From an uncultured virus (IMG/VR IMGVR_UViG_3300035135_002062) (taxonomy: Duplodnaviria; Heunggongvirae; Uroviricota; Caudoviricetes), in IMG/VR virus record IMGVR_UViG_3300035135_002062: 24,024 nt of DNA; one strand, given 5' to 3'. The notes beneath the pieces are model-generated. The model did not search any database and had not been told where the DNA came from. It worked only from the letters and a program-made list of their open reading frames with translations. Each line of letters starts with the position of its first letter. Within the stretch, counting starts at the first letter, position 1. The position numbers and the translations under genes are program-made. Positions 1 through 8,838 of the stretch are shown one piece after another.

Positions 1-469
1 GTCTATATTTTTTTATTGACCGTTTCTTTTTTAAGGTGTGTTTAATACTTTCCTCTAATCTTTCAGCCCTCGGAGTGTCAACTCTCCTTAAAATTGATTC
101 TAAGGTGTATCCATCATATCCATACTCTTTAGAGAATCTCCTCAATATAAATTTCTTAGACGTGATCCCAACCTTTACAAAGGTCACTCCACTTTTCTTT
201 TCTTTAATTAAAACTAAGTACAATGATTTGGGTAGTTTATCCAATTTCTTTTTCTTCTTCTGTTTTGACACTGATAGTTTTTTAGCTACATATTCTTTAG
301 CTTTCTCAATTGTTGTGAATGTTTTAGTGTCTCTATATGGATTTGGTATGTATTTTTTAAATCTAGCAACATATAGTGTTTTTCCATTATCTACCTTATA
401 TTTGGTTTTTCCTTTGAGTTTTACCTCATAGATACTGTAGTAACCTTTTTTAAATAAAAATTTTTCCAT
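1..469 (-). CDS. GIY-YIG/T5orf172-like nuclease domain protein (runs off the window's left edge; absent from the ORF track)
   Basis: Manual translation from ATG at 469: MEKFLFKKGYYSIYEV...SLYLVLIKEKKSGVTFVKVGITSKKFILRRF...RAERLEESIK. The LYLV..KVGIT..RRF..A..LE pattern fits the GIY-YIG/T5orf172 superfamily. TATTTATT lies upstream on the minus strand (507-514). Confidence 0.65.
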   Translation of the reverse strand, partial: MEKFLFKKGYYSIYEVKLKGKTKYKVDNGKTLYVARFKKYIPNPYRDTKTFTTIEKAKEYVAKKLSVSKQKKKKKLDKLPKSLYLVLIKEKKSGVTFVKVGITSKKFILRRFSKEYGYDGYTLESILRRVDTPRAERLEESIKHTLKKKRSIKKYR

Positions 470-473
470 TTAT

Positions 474-505
474 TTTGGTGATATTCTAAATAATACTTAC
501 TTTTG
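474..505 (+). promoter_or_regulatory. Bacteroidota-type sigma70 promoter (-33 TTTG / -7 TAnnTTTG)
   Basis: TTTG 474-477, 20-nt spacer, TACTTTTG 498-505, upstream of ATG 515. Confidence 0.6.
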
Positions 506-514
506 TAATAAATA

Positions 515-868
515 ATGAGAAATATTATGAATAATATGAAAAAATGTAGTGGTTGTCAACAAGATAAATCAATTACAGAATTCTATAAGAACAAGAGGAT
601 GCACGATGGTCATAGTATCTATTGTGTTTCATGTACACGAGAAAACTCACAGAAATATCATCAAAGAAAGAAGAATAAGATGAGAATTAATCAAAGTGAG
701 GAGATCGTTAAGAATATGATGATTAATAATTTAGTTAGTGATCATATGAACCCAAATGCGGAAGTTATCATGAAACTCATTATGACTGAAAAACTACTTC
801 AAAATGTCATCGAGGAGATACAAAGTATCAAAGTTTCTCTATCTACACAAAACCAAACAATTAGTTAA
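515..868 (+). CDS. Zinc-ribbon protein (CxxC...CxxC module like the N-terminus of phage HNH/Endo VII proteins) with helical C-terminus
   Basis: KKCSGCQQDKSITEFYKNKRMHDGHSIYCVSC; no HNH catalytic motif follows. Confidence 0.6.
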   Translation: MRNIMNNMKKCSGCQQDKSITEFYKNKRMHDGHSIYCVSCTRENSQKYHQRKKNKMRINQSEEIVKNMMINNLVSDHMNPNAEVIMKLIMTEKLLQNVIEEIQSIKVSLSTQNQTIS

Positions 869-876
869 AACCTCTA

Positions 877-884
877 TATTTATA
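877..884 (+). promoter_or_regulatory. TATTTATA putative phage (late-type) promoter element
   Basis: Motif 21 nt upstream of ATG 906; recurs upstream of more than 10 genes on the coding strand. Confidence 0.55.
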
Positions 885-905
885 TAAGAAACACTTCTTA
901 TATAA

Positions 906-2684
906 ATGGAAATAAGAGATTTAATTTATGACATGTTACTCGAAGAAGTCCAAAACAAGAAACTTCTCGAGAACCTATTCAAGAAATGGCAGGTAGAAAA
1001 CGATAAAATCACATTAGAGGATGTTGAGTTTATCGTTACTAAGTTTAAAGGTGGTAGAGATGTTGAAGGAAACAATATGCCTGCACTCCAAAACAAGTTA
1101 GACCCAAAAAAACCTGAGATCGTCGCTTTCTTAGAAAGATATGATGGTCAATATGGAACTGAAAAGTTCGAAACTAAGAACTTAAAAAATATTACCTCCT
1201 ATTCCTACGCACAAATAAAAAGTTTATTCTTAGACTTTGATATCAACTTAGAGGAAGAAGTTGATGAAGATGACCCATTCTTTGAAAAGGCGGGTGTATC
1301 TAAAGATGATAAAATAAAGGCTTCAAGAGACCTTTGGTTTGGTAATAAGTACCTTGTTTATGACAGTGGTGATGGTTTTAGAATTTATAGACCGAAAAAC
1401 CAAAAAGAAAGTATTCGATTCGGTTATTGGCAGGATTATTTAAGATATAAACATATGCCCAATTCAAGTGCCCGATGGTGTATCACTTGGGACAACTCAA
1501 GTAATATGTGGGCAAAGTACAGATCTGAAGGCGTAACTTACTATATGATTATTGACGAATCTAAGGATGAAAATGACAAATACTTCATAAGTGTTCTCCA
1601 ACCCAAAAAGGACAAAAATCAAACATATCCATTTCTAATCACCAACATGTATAATACGGGTGGTGACAGAAATGTGAGGATGCAGGACGACGACTATGAT
1701 ACCTGTATAACTTGTATATACCCAAAACTTAATGAAAGAGAAGTACAAGAACTCGTCCAACCAGTGGATTTTGACCCACAAAGGGAGTTAAATGTCACGC
1801 AGAACGAGGCGGCAAGAGTGAACGAAAGAGAGGGTCATGAATATGAATTTAGAAGAGTTCGTAGACCATTAAAACTTAGATTTATTCAAAATGGTGGTAT
1901 CTTAAAATCCATAAGATCTTTTGAAGCTATGGATGAAAACCTAATTAGATCGTATTTTGAGATGATCACACCAGGTAACGTCGATGACATGTTCCAATCT
2001 TATGAAACTTTCAAATACGCAATTAGAAAAAGTGGTGTAAGAAGAGCACTACAAGATAAAATGTTTAGGGTTGCAAGTCAAAATAATCTAAACCCTAAAG
2101 AATTCGGCATCACGTCTATATTCTTGAAACTTATTGAGTCTGCGTTTAAACCAATCTTTATTTCAAAACAAGACAGTAATATTCGTATTATGGAGAATAA
2201 AGAAAATGAGTTGGTGGGTATCTACAATGGACTGAAAGGTGAGTGGTTAGAACACGGCGGTATTAAGTACACTCCCGATTTTAAGGAGATGTTAGATCCT
2301 GTTTATGGTGTTTTTGATGTAGAGGGTAAATTAAACATCAAAAAGAACGATGATGTAGAACCCGAAGTAAAACCAAACGACCAAGAAAACGATCAAGAGA
2401 ACGACCAAGAAAATCCTGATCAACTACAGGAACAAACAGAAGAACAAATAACTTATTTAGTTACTACCTATTCAAAGTCTATGAGTAAGGACGATAATTC
2501 TAATTTCTATGTTATCAGTAACGTGTTAGATAATGATGCCACAGTTAGTATCATGTCACATAAAACTTGGAAGGACTTAGGTGAACCTTCGTTTATCGAA
2601 ATTACTGATCCTAATTATGATTTTGATAATCCGTATTCTAATATAGACGATTACACACAGAAATCAGTAAACGAAAGGAATTAA
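906..2684 (+). CDS. Large acidic hypothetical phage protein (592 aa)
   Basis: Long ORF with an internal RWCITW motif, N-terminal MEIRDLIYDMLLEE and an (NDQE)3 low-complexity linker. Confidence 0.85.
   Translation: MEIRDLIYDMLLEEVQNKKLLENLFKKWQVENDKITLEDVEFIVTKFKGGRDVEGNNMPALQNKLDPKKPEIVAFLERYDGQYGTEKFETKNLKNITSYSYAQIKSLFLDFDINLEEEVDEDDPFFEKAGVSKDDKIKASRDLWFGNKYLVYDSGDGFRIYRPKNQKESIRFGYWQDYLRYKHMPNSSARWCITWDNSSNMWAKYRSEGVTYYMIIDESKDENDKYFISVLQPKKDKNQTYPFLITNMYNTGGDRNVRMQDDDYDTCITCIYPKLNEREVQELVQPVDFDPQRELNVTQNEAARVNEREGHEYEFRRVRRPLKLRFIQNGGILKSIRSFEAMDENLIRSYFEMITPGNVDDMFQSYETFKYAIRKSGVRRALQDKMFRVASQNNLNPKEFGITSIFLKLIESAFKPIFISKQDSNIRIMENKENELVGIYNGLKGEWLEHGGIKYTPDFKEMLDPVYGVFDVEGKLNIKKNDDVEPEVKPNDQENDQENDQENPDQLQEQTEEQITYLVTTYSKSMSKDDNSNFYVISNVLDNDATVSIMSHKTWKDLGEPSFIEITDPNYDFDNPYSNIDDYTQKSVNERN
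2376..2411 (+). repeat. 3 x 12-bp in-frame tandem repeat (NDQE)
   Basis: aacgaccaagaa / aacgatcaagag / aacgaccaagaa. Confidence 0.8.
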
Positions 2685-3259
2685 TCCAATTCAAGATTAT
2701 ATCCCGCAAATTTCTCCATGTAAGATGTTATGGTTGTACCATATCCATCTCTAAACTGTTGTCCTCGTCTGAAGAACTTCTTCACATTACCTTGCCCCCC
2801 AAGATGTGCTGCGGCTAAAATACCCGATTCTGTAATATATACTCCATGTACGACCTCACCGTCATACTTATCGATATATTTTTGGAGTTTCTTTTTATTA
2901 TGTTTCAATAAATCCAACATCGCCTTTTCCTGTAGTTCGGGATGATTTAAAAACTCTTCTCTGGTTAGATCATACCCCAACCCTCTTAGGGTTGCAGGAC
3001 CGAATTGATACTTACCCATATAACCATATGTGTTTACGATATCATATCTATTACCACTTTCTTTATGTCCTATAGATTCTAAAAATGGATTTAATTCATT
3101 AACAACGATTGGTTCCATTGGTCGGGGTACGATCTCACTTAATGGAATTACTTGTTGTCTTTGGTGTGTCATTGCATTTACATCTGATCCGTCATGTACT
3201 TTCGATGATAGTAACATTACAGCAAAAATTGTAAATGATTTAAGTTCGAAATTTTTCAT
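2681..3259 (-). CDS. Lysozyme-like/lytic transglycosylase-family peptidoglycan hydrolase with hydrophobic N-terminus
   Basis: Catalytic-type ES motif (HKESGNRY), GKYQF, AAAHLGG and Y-M-E-K-F; resembles Flavobacteriaceae SLT-like proteins. Confidence 0.75.
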   Translation of the reverse strand: MKNFELKSFTIFAVMLLSSKVHDGSDVNAMTHQRQQVIPLSEIVPRPMEPIVVNELNPFLESIGHKESGNRYDIVNTYGYMGKYQFGPATLRGLGYDLTREEFLNHPELQEKAMLDLLKHNKKKLQKYIDKYDGEVVHGVYITESGILAAAHLGGQGNVKKFFRRGQQFRDGYGTTITSYMEKFAGYNLELD

Positions 3260-3285
3260 GATTAGTTTGTTTTGGTGAATTACTA

Positions 3286-3600
3286 CTAGCGAGTGTATTC
3301 GTGTCCGAAGAATTCGTAATTTTTAATTACGGATGTGTCATTACCTTCAATCTCTATTGTTGTCTCCTCATCGGCATATATAGCCTCAACAGGACACTCG
3401 GGTAAACAAGCACCACAATCAATACATTCGTCAGGGTTTATGAAAAGTTGTTTGTCGATGAGTTCATCTTTAGTCATGGTAGAAATTTCCGCACCTCTCC
3501 CATTAGGATCGATAGGTCCGTGAATACAATCCACAGGACAAACTTCTACACATACTGTGTCACATACTCCGACACATTTTGACCCAATAATATAACTCAT
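3286..3600 (-). CDS. Dicluster (7Fe/8Fe-type) ferredoxin
   Basis: CVGVCDTVCVEVCPVDCIH and INPDECIDCGACLPECPVEAI motifs. Confidence 0.92.
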   Translation of the reverse strand: MSYIIGSKCVGVCDTVCVEVCPVDCIHGPIDPNGRGAEISTMTKDELIDKQLFINPDECIDCGACLPECPVEAIYADEETTIEIEGNDTSVIKNYEFFGHEYTR

Positions 3601-3628
3601 ATAGTTTTTTTATCAATTTATGTTACTT

Positions 3629-3660
3629 CAAATATAATAATTTTTTTTTGATATCACAAA
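3629..3660 (-). promoter_or_regulatory. Bacteroidota-type promoter for the ferredoxin/lysozyme-like genes
   Basis: Minus strand: TTTG (3657-3660), 20-nt spacer, TATATTTG (3629-3636). Confidence 0.6.
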
Positions 3661-3772
3661 ATATTTTTAATATATTTGTTTAACAAAGACAAACTACGGT
3701 GTAGTAATAAATATAGAAACTCCCGTATTTGTTGTATATATTAAGCACTTTAGTTGTATTTATATAGAAAAG

Positions 3773-4270
3773 ATGACTATGAAAAAAATCGTTTTAACTA
3801 CCGAACAAATGGATAAAATCAACGAATATGTATCTTCTGAGGGGGAAACAAAAGAATTAAATGAATCCCTTAATAATGAAAGGTATGAGATGAAATGTGA
3901 AATAGATTTTAATTACAGATCCGATTTAATGTACAAAGGTCAAGAGATCGAAGACATTGAAAATTTAGAATATAATGTAAATTATTTAATTGAATCGGAA
4001 CACCGTAGTTGGGGTATCAAGTCTATCGCTGTTTATGATGTCCAAGGACCTGAAGAGTTAGAACTTTATATTCAATACTATCCTGAAGGTTCAGATGATA
4101 TTACCGAAGTTACTGTTCCATTAAAAATTGATTGGGACGCCGCTGATTATGACCAACAAGACCCAAGAGGTATGATTGGTATTGATGAAAACATCGAAAT
4201 AGAGTTAGTGAATGATTCGGACGGTAATATTGTCGCTCAGTCAATCAATATTATTACTTATTCTCTTTAA
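3773..4270 (+). CDS. Acidic hypothetical protein with the shared MKKIVLTTEQ leader (start may be 3779)
   Basis: ORF; TATTTATA at 3757-3764; leader motif shared with five other ORFs. Confidence 0.85.
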   Translation: MTMKKIVLTTEQMDKINEYVSSEGETKELNESLNNERYEMKCEIDFNYRSDLMYKGQEIEDIENLEYNVNYLIESEHRSWGIKSIAVYDVQGPEELELYIQYYPEGSDDITEVTVPLKIDWDAADYDQQDPRGMIGIDENIEIELVNDSDGNIVAQSINIITYSL

Positions 4271-4532
4271 GTTTAACACCTTTTAGTTTCCTATCATGGT
4301 GTTTAAATCTTGCGGGATTTGCCATTACTTCCGCCTTAGAAAATAGTCTTTTCTTTCTTGTTCTTGAGAGTGATCTTCTTCCCTCACCCACTTCATCTTC
4401 TTCATTTTCTTGAGACATAACATATTTGTCTTTTTCAGGTGACGCGTCGTCAACTTTGTGATAGTCTAAATCTTCTACGATGTTATCGACTAATCTCTTT
4501 GCTTGGGTTTCTGTAATGATTACTTTTTTCAT
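4254..4532 (-). CDS. Small hypothetical protein with the shared MKKVIITETQ leader and a basic C-terminus
   Basis: Translationally coupled to the upstream lipoprotein gene (TAATG overlap at 4532). Confidence 0.8.
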   Translation of the reverse strand: MKKVIITETQAKRLVDNIVEDLDYHKVDDASPEKDKYVMSQENEEDEVGEGRRSLSRTRKKRLFSKAEVMANPARFKHHDRKLKGVKLKENK

Positions 4533-5470
4533 TAATTGTTGATTTTTCCTCCTCTCGATCCTCTACTTATTGATACACCACTACTACTTCTATTTGTACT
4601 TGGTGGTGGGGTATAGTTTCTACTTGAGTTGTTTATGTTATTATTCACTCTTGGACGATTATAATTTATATTGTTAGAGTTGTTTATATACGTCCTGTTG
4701 TTATTTATATTGTTATTTGGTCTGATACCATTAGGGACATTATTTGGGTCGTTATAAGTCCTTATTTTAACTCCATTATCTTCAATCTTACCCCAAATCC
4801 TTGATAACGCACCTCTTCTTGGCTTTTCAATCACAACATCTACGTTATTAGGATCTGGTTTGACGTGATAATCTCTAATGTTATTAATACCTCTACCATT
4901 ATTAACAACCCCATTTGGACTTATAATAATATTATTTCCTCTACTACTACCACCCGTCCTTAATGAAACATTATTTGATCCTCTTCTACCGTTTATAAAA
5001 ACATAATCTCTATCATTTCGATTCCACACATAACCATAACCATGTCTTTGACTAAATGGTCTGTTCCAATACCAAGATGAATTCCAACCATACCAAGTAT
5101 CCCATCTATTCCAATACCACGGTGTGTGCCAATTATAATAGAATGGGTAGTTGAAACTCCAATTCCACCAAAATTCACTTCTGTTCCAATAAAAATCCCA
5201 ACTGTTGATACCAAATCTATATAAACCCAATTCCCATGAGTTATCTAAATACCAACTATAAGGTTGTGATTGTGCGAACCAAGCAAAGTCACTTCTGAAT
5301 CTATTGTCGGTTCTGAGTTTCCAATTCAATTGGGTTCTGTTTTCTATAACATCCACCCTGACATCATCAATATAAATCGGGTCATCGTAAGTTGCAGTGG
5401 TTGCCATGTGCCAATAAGTTTGACATGACGATAATGAAAATAAAAGAATAAAAAATATAAATCGTTTCAT
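4532..5470 (-). CDS. Predicted lipoprotein with a Trp/Tyr-rich core and Asn/Ser/Arg-rich disordered tail
   Basis: Signal peptide MKRFIFFILLFSLSS-C (lipobox); TATTTATT on the minus strand at 5474-5481. Confidence 0.8.
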   Translation of the reverse strand: MKRFIFFILLFSLSSCQTYWHMATTATYDDPIYIDDVRVDVIENRTQLNWKLRTDNRFRSDFAWFAQSQPYSWYLDNSWELGLYRFGINSWDFYWNRSEFWWNWSFNYPFYYNWHTPWYWNRWDTWYGWNSSWYWNRPFSQRHGYGYVWNRNDRDYVFINGRRGSNNVSLRTGGSSRGNNIIISPNGVVNNGRGINNIRDYHVKPDPNNVDVVIEKPRRGALSRIWGKIEDNGVKIRTYNDPNNVPNGIRPNNNINNNRTYINNSNNINYNRPRVNNNINNSSRNYTPPPSTNRSSSGVSISRGSRGGKINN

Positions 5471-5581
5471 ATCAATAAATATTTCGGAAAGGAAATAAAA
5501 CTTTTTTTACTTGACCTAAATTTTTTACCCAGTATAATATATTTATACTAGGCCTAGCATTTATAACTAGCATATTAATAT

Positions 5582-5605
5582 CCAGTATTACTGGGTATTT
5601 TTTTT
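5582..5605 (+). terminator. Putative intrinsic terminator
   Basis: CCAGTA-T-TACTGG inverted repeat followed by a T8 run. Confidence 0.45.
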
Positions 5606-5661
5606 GTCCAACCCTTTACATTTTAATTTTTACTTCGTATTTATTCAAAAAAACAATTCAT

Positions 5662-5967
5662 ATGAAAACAATTTTGATTATTTTATTGCTTTTGGCAATT
5701 GGAGCGGGAGTCGTAGTTTACCTCATTAAAAAAGGTAAGATCAAAGATGAAGATCAAGACTATATTCCCGACGTTGTTGAAGATGCGGTTGAAGATGTAA
5801 AGGAGACTGTAGAGAAGACAACAAAAGAAGTGAAACGCAGAGCTAAGAGAGTCAAAGAAGAACTTGGTGATGTTAAGAACGCAGCTAAAGATCTTGTGGA
5901 TCAAACAGGGGATGTAGTTGAAGCCGTCAAAGGGACGAGAAGAAAAGGTAGGAAACCAAAGAAATAA
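5662..5967 (+). CDS. Small single-pass membrane protein with coiled-coil and basic tail
   Basis: N-terminal TM helix ILIILLLLAIGAGVVVYLI; TATTTATT at 5638-5645. Confidence 0.85.
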   Translation: MKTILIILLLLAIGAGVVVYLIKKGKIKDEDQDYIPDVVEDAVEDVKETVEKTTKEVKRRAKRVKEELGDVKNAAKDLVDQTGDVVEAVKGTRRKGRKPKK

Positions 5968-5981
5968 AAAACCAAAAAATT

Positions 5982-6008
5982 AAGAGGGTCTTTACCCTCT
6001 TTTTTTTT
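5982..6008 (+). terminator. Intrinsic terminator
   Basis: AAGAGGGT-cttt-ACCCTCTT plus a T run. Confidence 0.8.
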
Positions 6009-6022
6009 ACCTATTTATCAAT

Positions 6023-7213
6023 ATGGTTTATACAATATATGAAGGAAGTAATACTTTGGTTGAGGTTCCTGATGAGGATTCACTTTCAAAATTGATGTAT
6101 TATTACGATCCAAACCCATCAAGATTACCCCCAATAATTTCAAAATATTTTAATAAAGAACATAATTTAGTTATTTATGTGGGTATTCCACCAACAGACA
6201 CGAAGAGTCTGAATGAGTGGTTAAGAAGAACTCAATCGGTACTGATTGAAAATGATATTGACATTTTTATTGTTGGTATTTCCTCAGAGGCGTATCATAT
6301 AGATTTGTGTCATCACATTAATAATTTTTTTAATAAGAATGGTGTAAATTCAGTGGTCATACAAAGTGGGATTGATTACATGAATAGATTTACTAATATT
6401 TTATTTCATCCCGATTTTTTTAGACCTACCACTGACGGACTTCGCGACTTTACTCCTATTAGTAAAAGAAAATATAAATATAATTGTCTTAACAGATTAA
6501 TTCATGGTAGGGAACATAGGTTGATGTTAGTCAATGAATTGTATGATAGGAATCTGATGGATGATGCGGTGATTAGTTGTGGTAGTGGAGAGACCGACCA
6601 TGTATTAGAAAAATTTAAAGAAAGTTTAGATGGGTATCTAAATAATGATCTCAGTTCCTCCTTACCCATAAAACCTGATGACGTAACCGATGTGATTGGA
6701 ACGGGTTCTTACACAAAAAAAAATTATCCTGGGTATGATAGTGTATTTGCTATAGTTGTTGAATCCTCATTTGATACTTTCGAATCCGAAGAGGGTTTTC
6801 AATATAATGATACAGGTTGGACGAGACCATTCTTTACAGAAAAAACATCCAAATCAATATCGTGTCACCAATTACCAATATTTTGTTCTGTGAAAGGATA
6901 CGTACAACATATGAGGGATTTAGGTTTTGATGTATTTGACGATATTATAGATCATAGTTATGACAAAGAAGAGGATCCACCAAAAAGAATCAAAATGATT
7001 GTTGATGAGGTGGAGAGAGTTACTCAAAATCATATAATAGATAAAATAAAAACAAACCCCTCTTTAGAAGAAAGGTTTGTTCAAAATTGTTTACACTTAA
7101 ATTATCTTTATGATAAGTTCTTAAGAAACTTTAAAAATGATTTAAGTCTTTGTTTACTAAACGGTTTAGAAAACACTAAAGTAAAAAAGAATAGTTTTGA
7201 CGATTTACTTTAG
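6023..7213 (+). CDS. Putative glycosyltransferase-like protein (paralog 1)
   Basis: C-terminal IVVES...FFTEKT.K.I...PI...G....R.LGFDVFDDIIDHSYD motif, reminiscent of GT10-like nucleotide-sugar-binding domains; TATTTATC 3 nt before the ATG. Confidence 0.55.
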   Translation: MVYTIYEGSNTLVEVPDEDSLSKLMYYYDPNPSRLPPIISKYFNKEHNLVIYVGIPPTDTKSLNEWLRRTQSVLIENDIDIFIVGISSEAYHIDLCHHINNFFNKNGVNSVVIQSGIDYMNRFTNILFHPDFFRPTTDGLRDFTPISKRKYKYNCLNRLIHGREHRLMLVNELYDRNLMDDAVISCGSGETDHVLEKFKESLDGYLNNDLSSSLPIKPDDVTDVIGTGSYTKKNYPGYDSVFAIVVESSFDTFESEEGFQYNDTGWTRPFFTEKTSKSISCHQLPIFCSVKGYVQHMRDLGFDVFDDIIDHSYDKEEDPPKRIKMIVDEVERVTQNHIIDKIKTNPSLEERFVQNCLHLNYLYDKFLRNFKNDLSLCLLNGLENTKVKKNSFDDLL

Positions 7214-7596
7214 TTAGTCCCTTGGGTACTTAATGCTATCGTAGACTCCCCATTTAATCTTAATCGTCTTCTTTCGTCAATGATCTCCTGTCGTGTAAAT
7301 TTCTGTTTCCCACTTTTGATCCAAACGAGTTGGTCGCCGTTGAATTGTCCCACACTGAGAACTTGACCATTACTAAACAAAGTCCATTTACCTTCACGGT
7401 CTAATTTTCCATCTTCACCGATTGAGTAGTATCCTTTTTGTGTTATTTGACCATCAACATCAGTAAAAGTAACTTTGTAATAATCATCATAGATAAGTTC
7501 AAACTCTTTTGTAGACTTCTTTACCTCTGAGTTGAACTCTTGACCATAAATTGTGGTCGTCAGAAGTATAGCCATTACTAAAAATAAATTTTTCAT
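7210..7596 (-). CDS. Secreted small protein with MORN-variant-like beta repeats
   Basis: Signal peptide MKNLFLVMAILLTTTIYG-Q; QKGYY..DGKLDREGKWTLFSNGQVLSVGQF; TATTTATT on the minus strand at 7638-7645. Confidence 0.7.
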   Translation of the reverse strand: MKNLFLVMAILLTTTIYGQEFNSEVKKSTKEFELIYDDYYKVTFTDVDGQITQKGYYSIGEDGKLDREGKWTLFSNGQVLSVGQFNGDQLVWIKSGKQKFTRQEIIDERRRLRLNGESTIALSTQGTN

Positions 7597-7701
7597 GTTT
7601 CTTGTATTTTAAGTCTGTTTATTGTGTCCCGTTACTTAATAAATAGTCAATGTTAAGTAATTGTTAAGTCAATATTACGAAAAAAATACAAAAAAAACAA
7701 G

Positions 7702-8838
7702 TTATTTTGATAATTGTGAGAATAGTTTATTGTAGTGGTCGTTCCATTTGTCGGCACTTAACTCTTTCAAAGTTGAGATATTTTGATTCATCCTAACCCT
7801 AATTGTTTGTTCGTTTTTAATTATGTTATCTACAGATTCTTTATTGATTAACCTCTCTAACTCATCAACAATCATTTTTATTCTTAAGTCTTGGTTTTCC
7901 TCAGTATCATAACTATGATCAACAAAATCATCAAATACATCGAACCCTAAACTTCTAAGATGACCGACATATCCTTTGGTCGATAGGAAAATTGGTATCT
8001 GCCTACAATTTATAAATTTCATAGTTTTTTCAGTTATGAACCATGTGTCCCACCCCTCGTTAAAATATACATTAGGGTACTCTCGACTAATTCTGTTCTC
8101 ACCTGAAGATTCAATTACAACATTAATTAAACAATTTTTACTTGGATTATTCAAGTGATTCCTACTATTTGAATACACTATTCCGACGCGGCCAATGTCC
8201 GCTATTATAGGTAACGACCGAAAGAAATCTTTATATTTTTCATAAACTTGTTTCGGGAACTTCTCGGGGTCACCATACGAATCTAAAACCTCTCTTGTTT
8301 CACCACTACCACAACTAACCACACCATAATCCAACAACCCTCTTTTGTAAATCTCTAAGGTTATCATCATCCTTTGTTGTCGTTTCATTAACATTCGGGA
8401 TAAACACCCAAATAAAGGACCCCTCTTTTCAAATGGTAAATCAGTGTATGGTTCACACTGTAAGAAACCAGGATGTGGAACCATATAATCAAGATCATAT
8501 TTAGGATCTGTAGAACCATGTATAAAGATTACGTTGGTTTTGACTCTATCATGTAATGATATGATATCTTTTTTGTGGTACGACTCTGTAGAGTTATCAA
8601 ATACTATAGTATCGTATTGATCATATTTAGTATTTAATTCTTCTATGATCGAATCCACTTCGTCTTCTTGGGGGGTTCCAAATACCCACAGTATTTTTTT
8701 ATTGGTGTCTTCTATGAATTTAGATATTTCACTATCAAAAAAATCATTCCACATTACTGCCCTGAAATGATCTAAATTTTCAATCTTAGTGATATTCTCT
8801 AAGGAAACATCGGGCGTGTGATCAGTTATATAAATCAT
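7702..8838 (-). CDS. Putative glycosyltransferase-like protein (paralog 2)
   Basis: Shares SCGSGET and [FI]TEKT...LGFDVFDD..DHSYD.EE....RIKMIVDE.ER with 6023-7213; last gene of the 2OG-DegT-radical SAM operon. Confidence 0.55.
   Translation of the reverse strand: MIYITDHTPDVSLENITKIENLDHFRAVMWNDFFDSEISKFIEDTNKKILWVFGTPQEDEVDSIIEELNTKYDQYDTIVFDNSTESYHKKDIISLHDRVKTNVIFIHGSTDPKYDLDYMVPHPGFLQCEPYTDLPFEKRGPLFGCLSRMLMKRQQRMMITLEIYKRGLLDYGVVSCGSGETREVLDSYGDPEKFPKQVYEKYKDFFRSLPIIADIGRVGIVYSNSRNHLNNPSKNCLINVVIESSGENRISREYPNVYFNEGWDTWFITEKTMKFINCRQIPIFLSTKGYVGHLRSLGFDVFDDFVDHSYDTEENQDLRIKMIVDELERLINKESVDNIIKNEQTIRVRMNQNISTLKELSADKWNDHYNKLFSQLSK

Noticed and set aside
36..431. 131-aa + strand ORF in the track
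   Set aside because: Antisense shadow of the Lys-rich minus-strand gene starting at 469, which has recognisable nuclease motifs.
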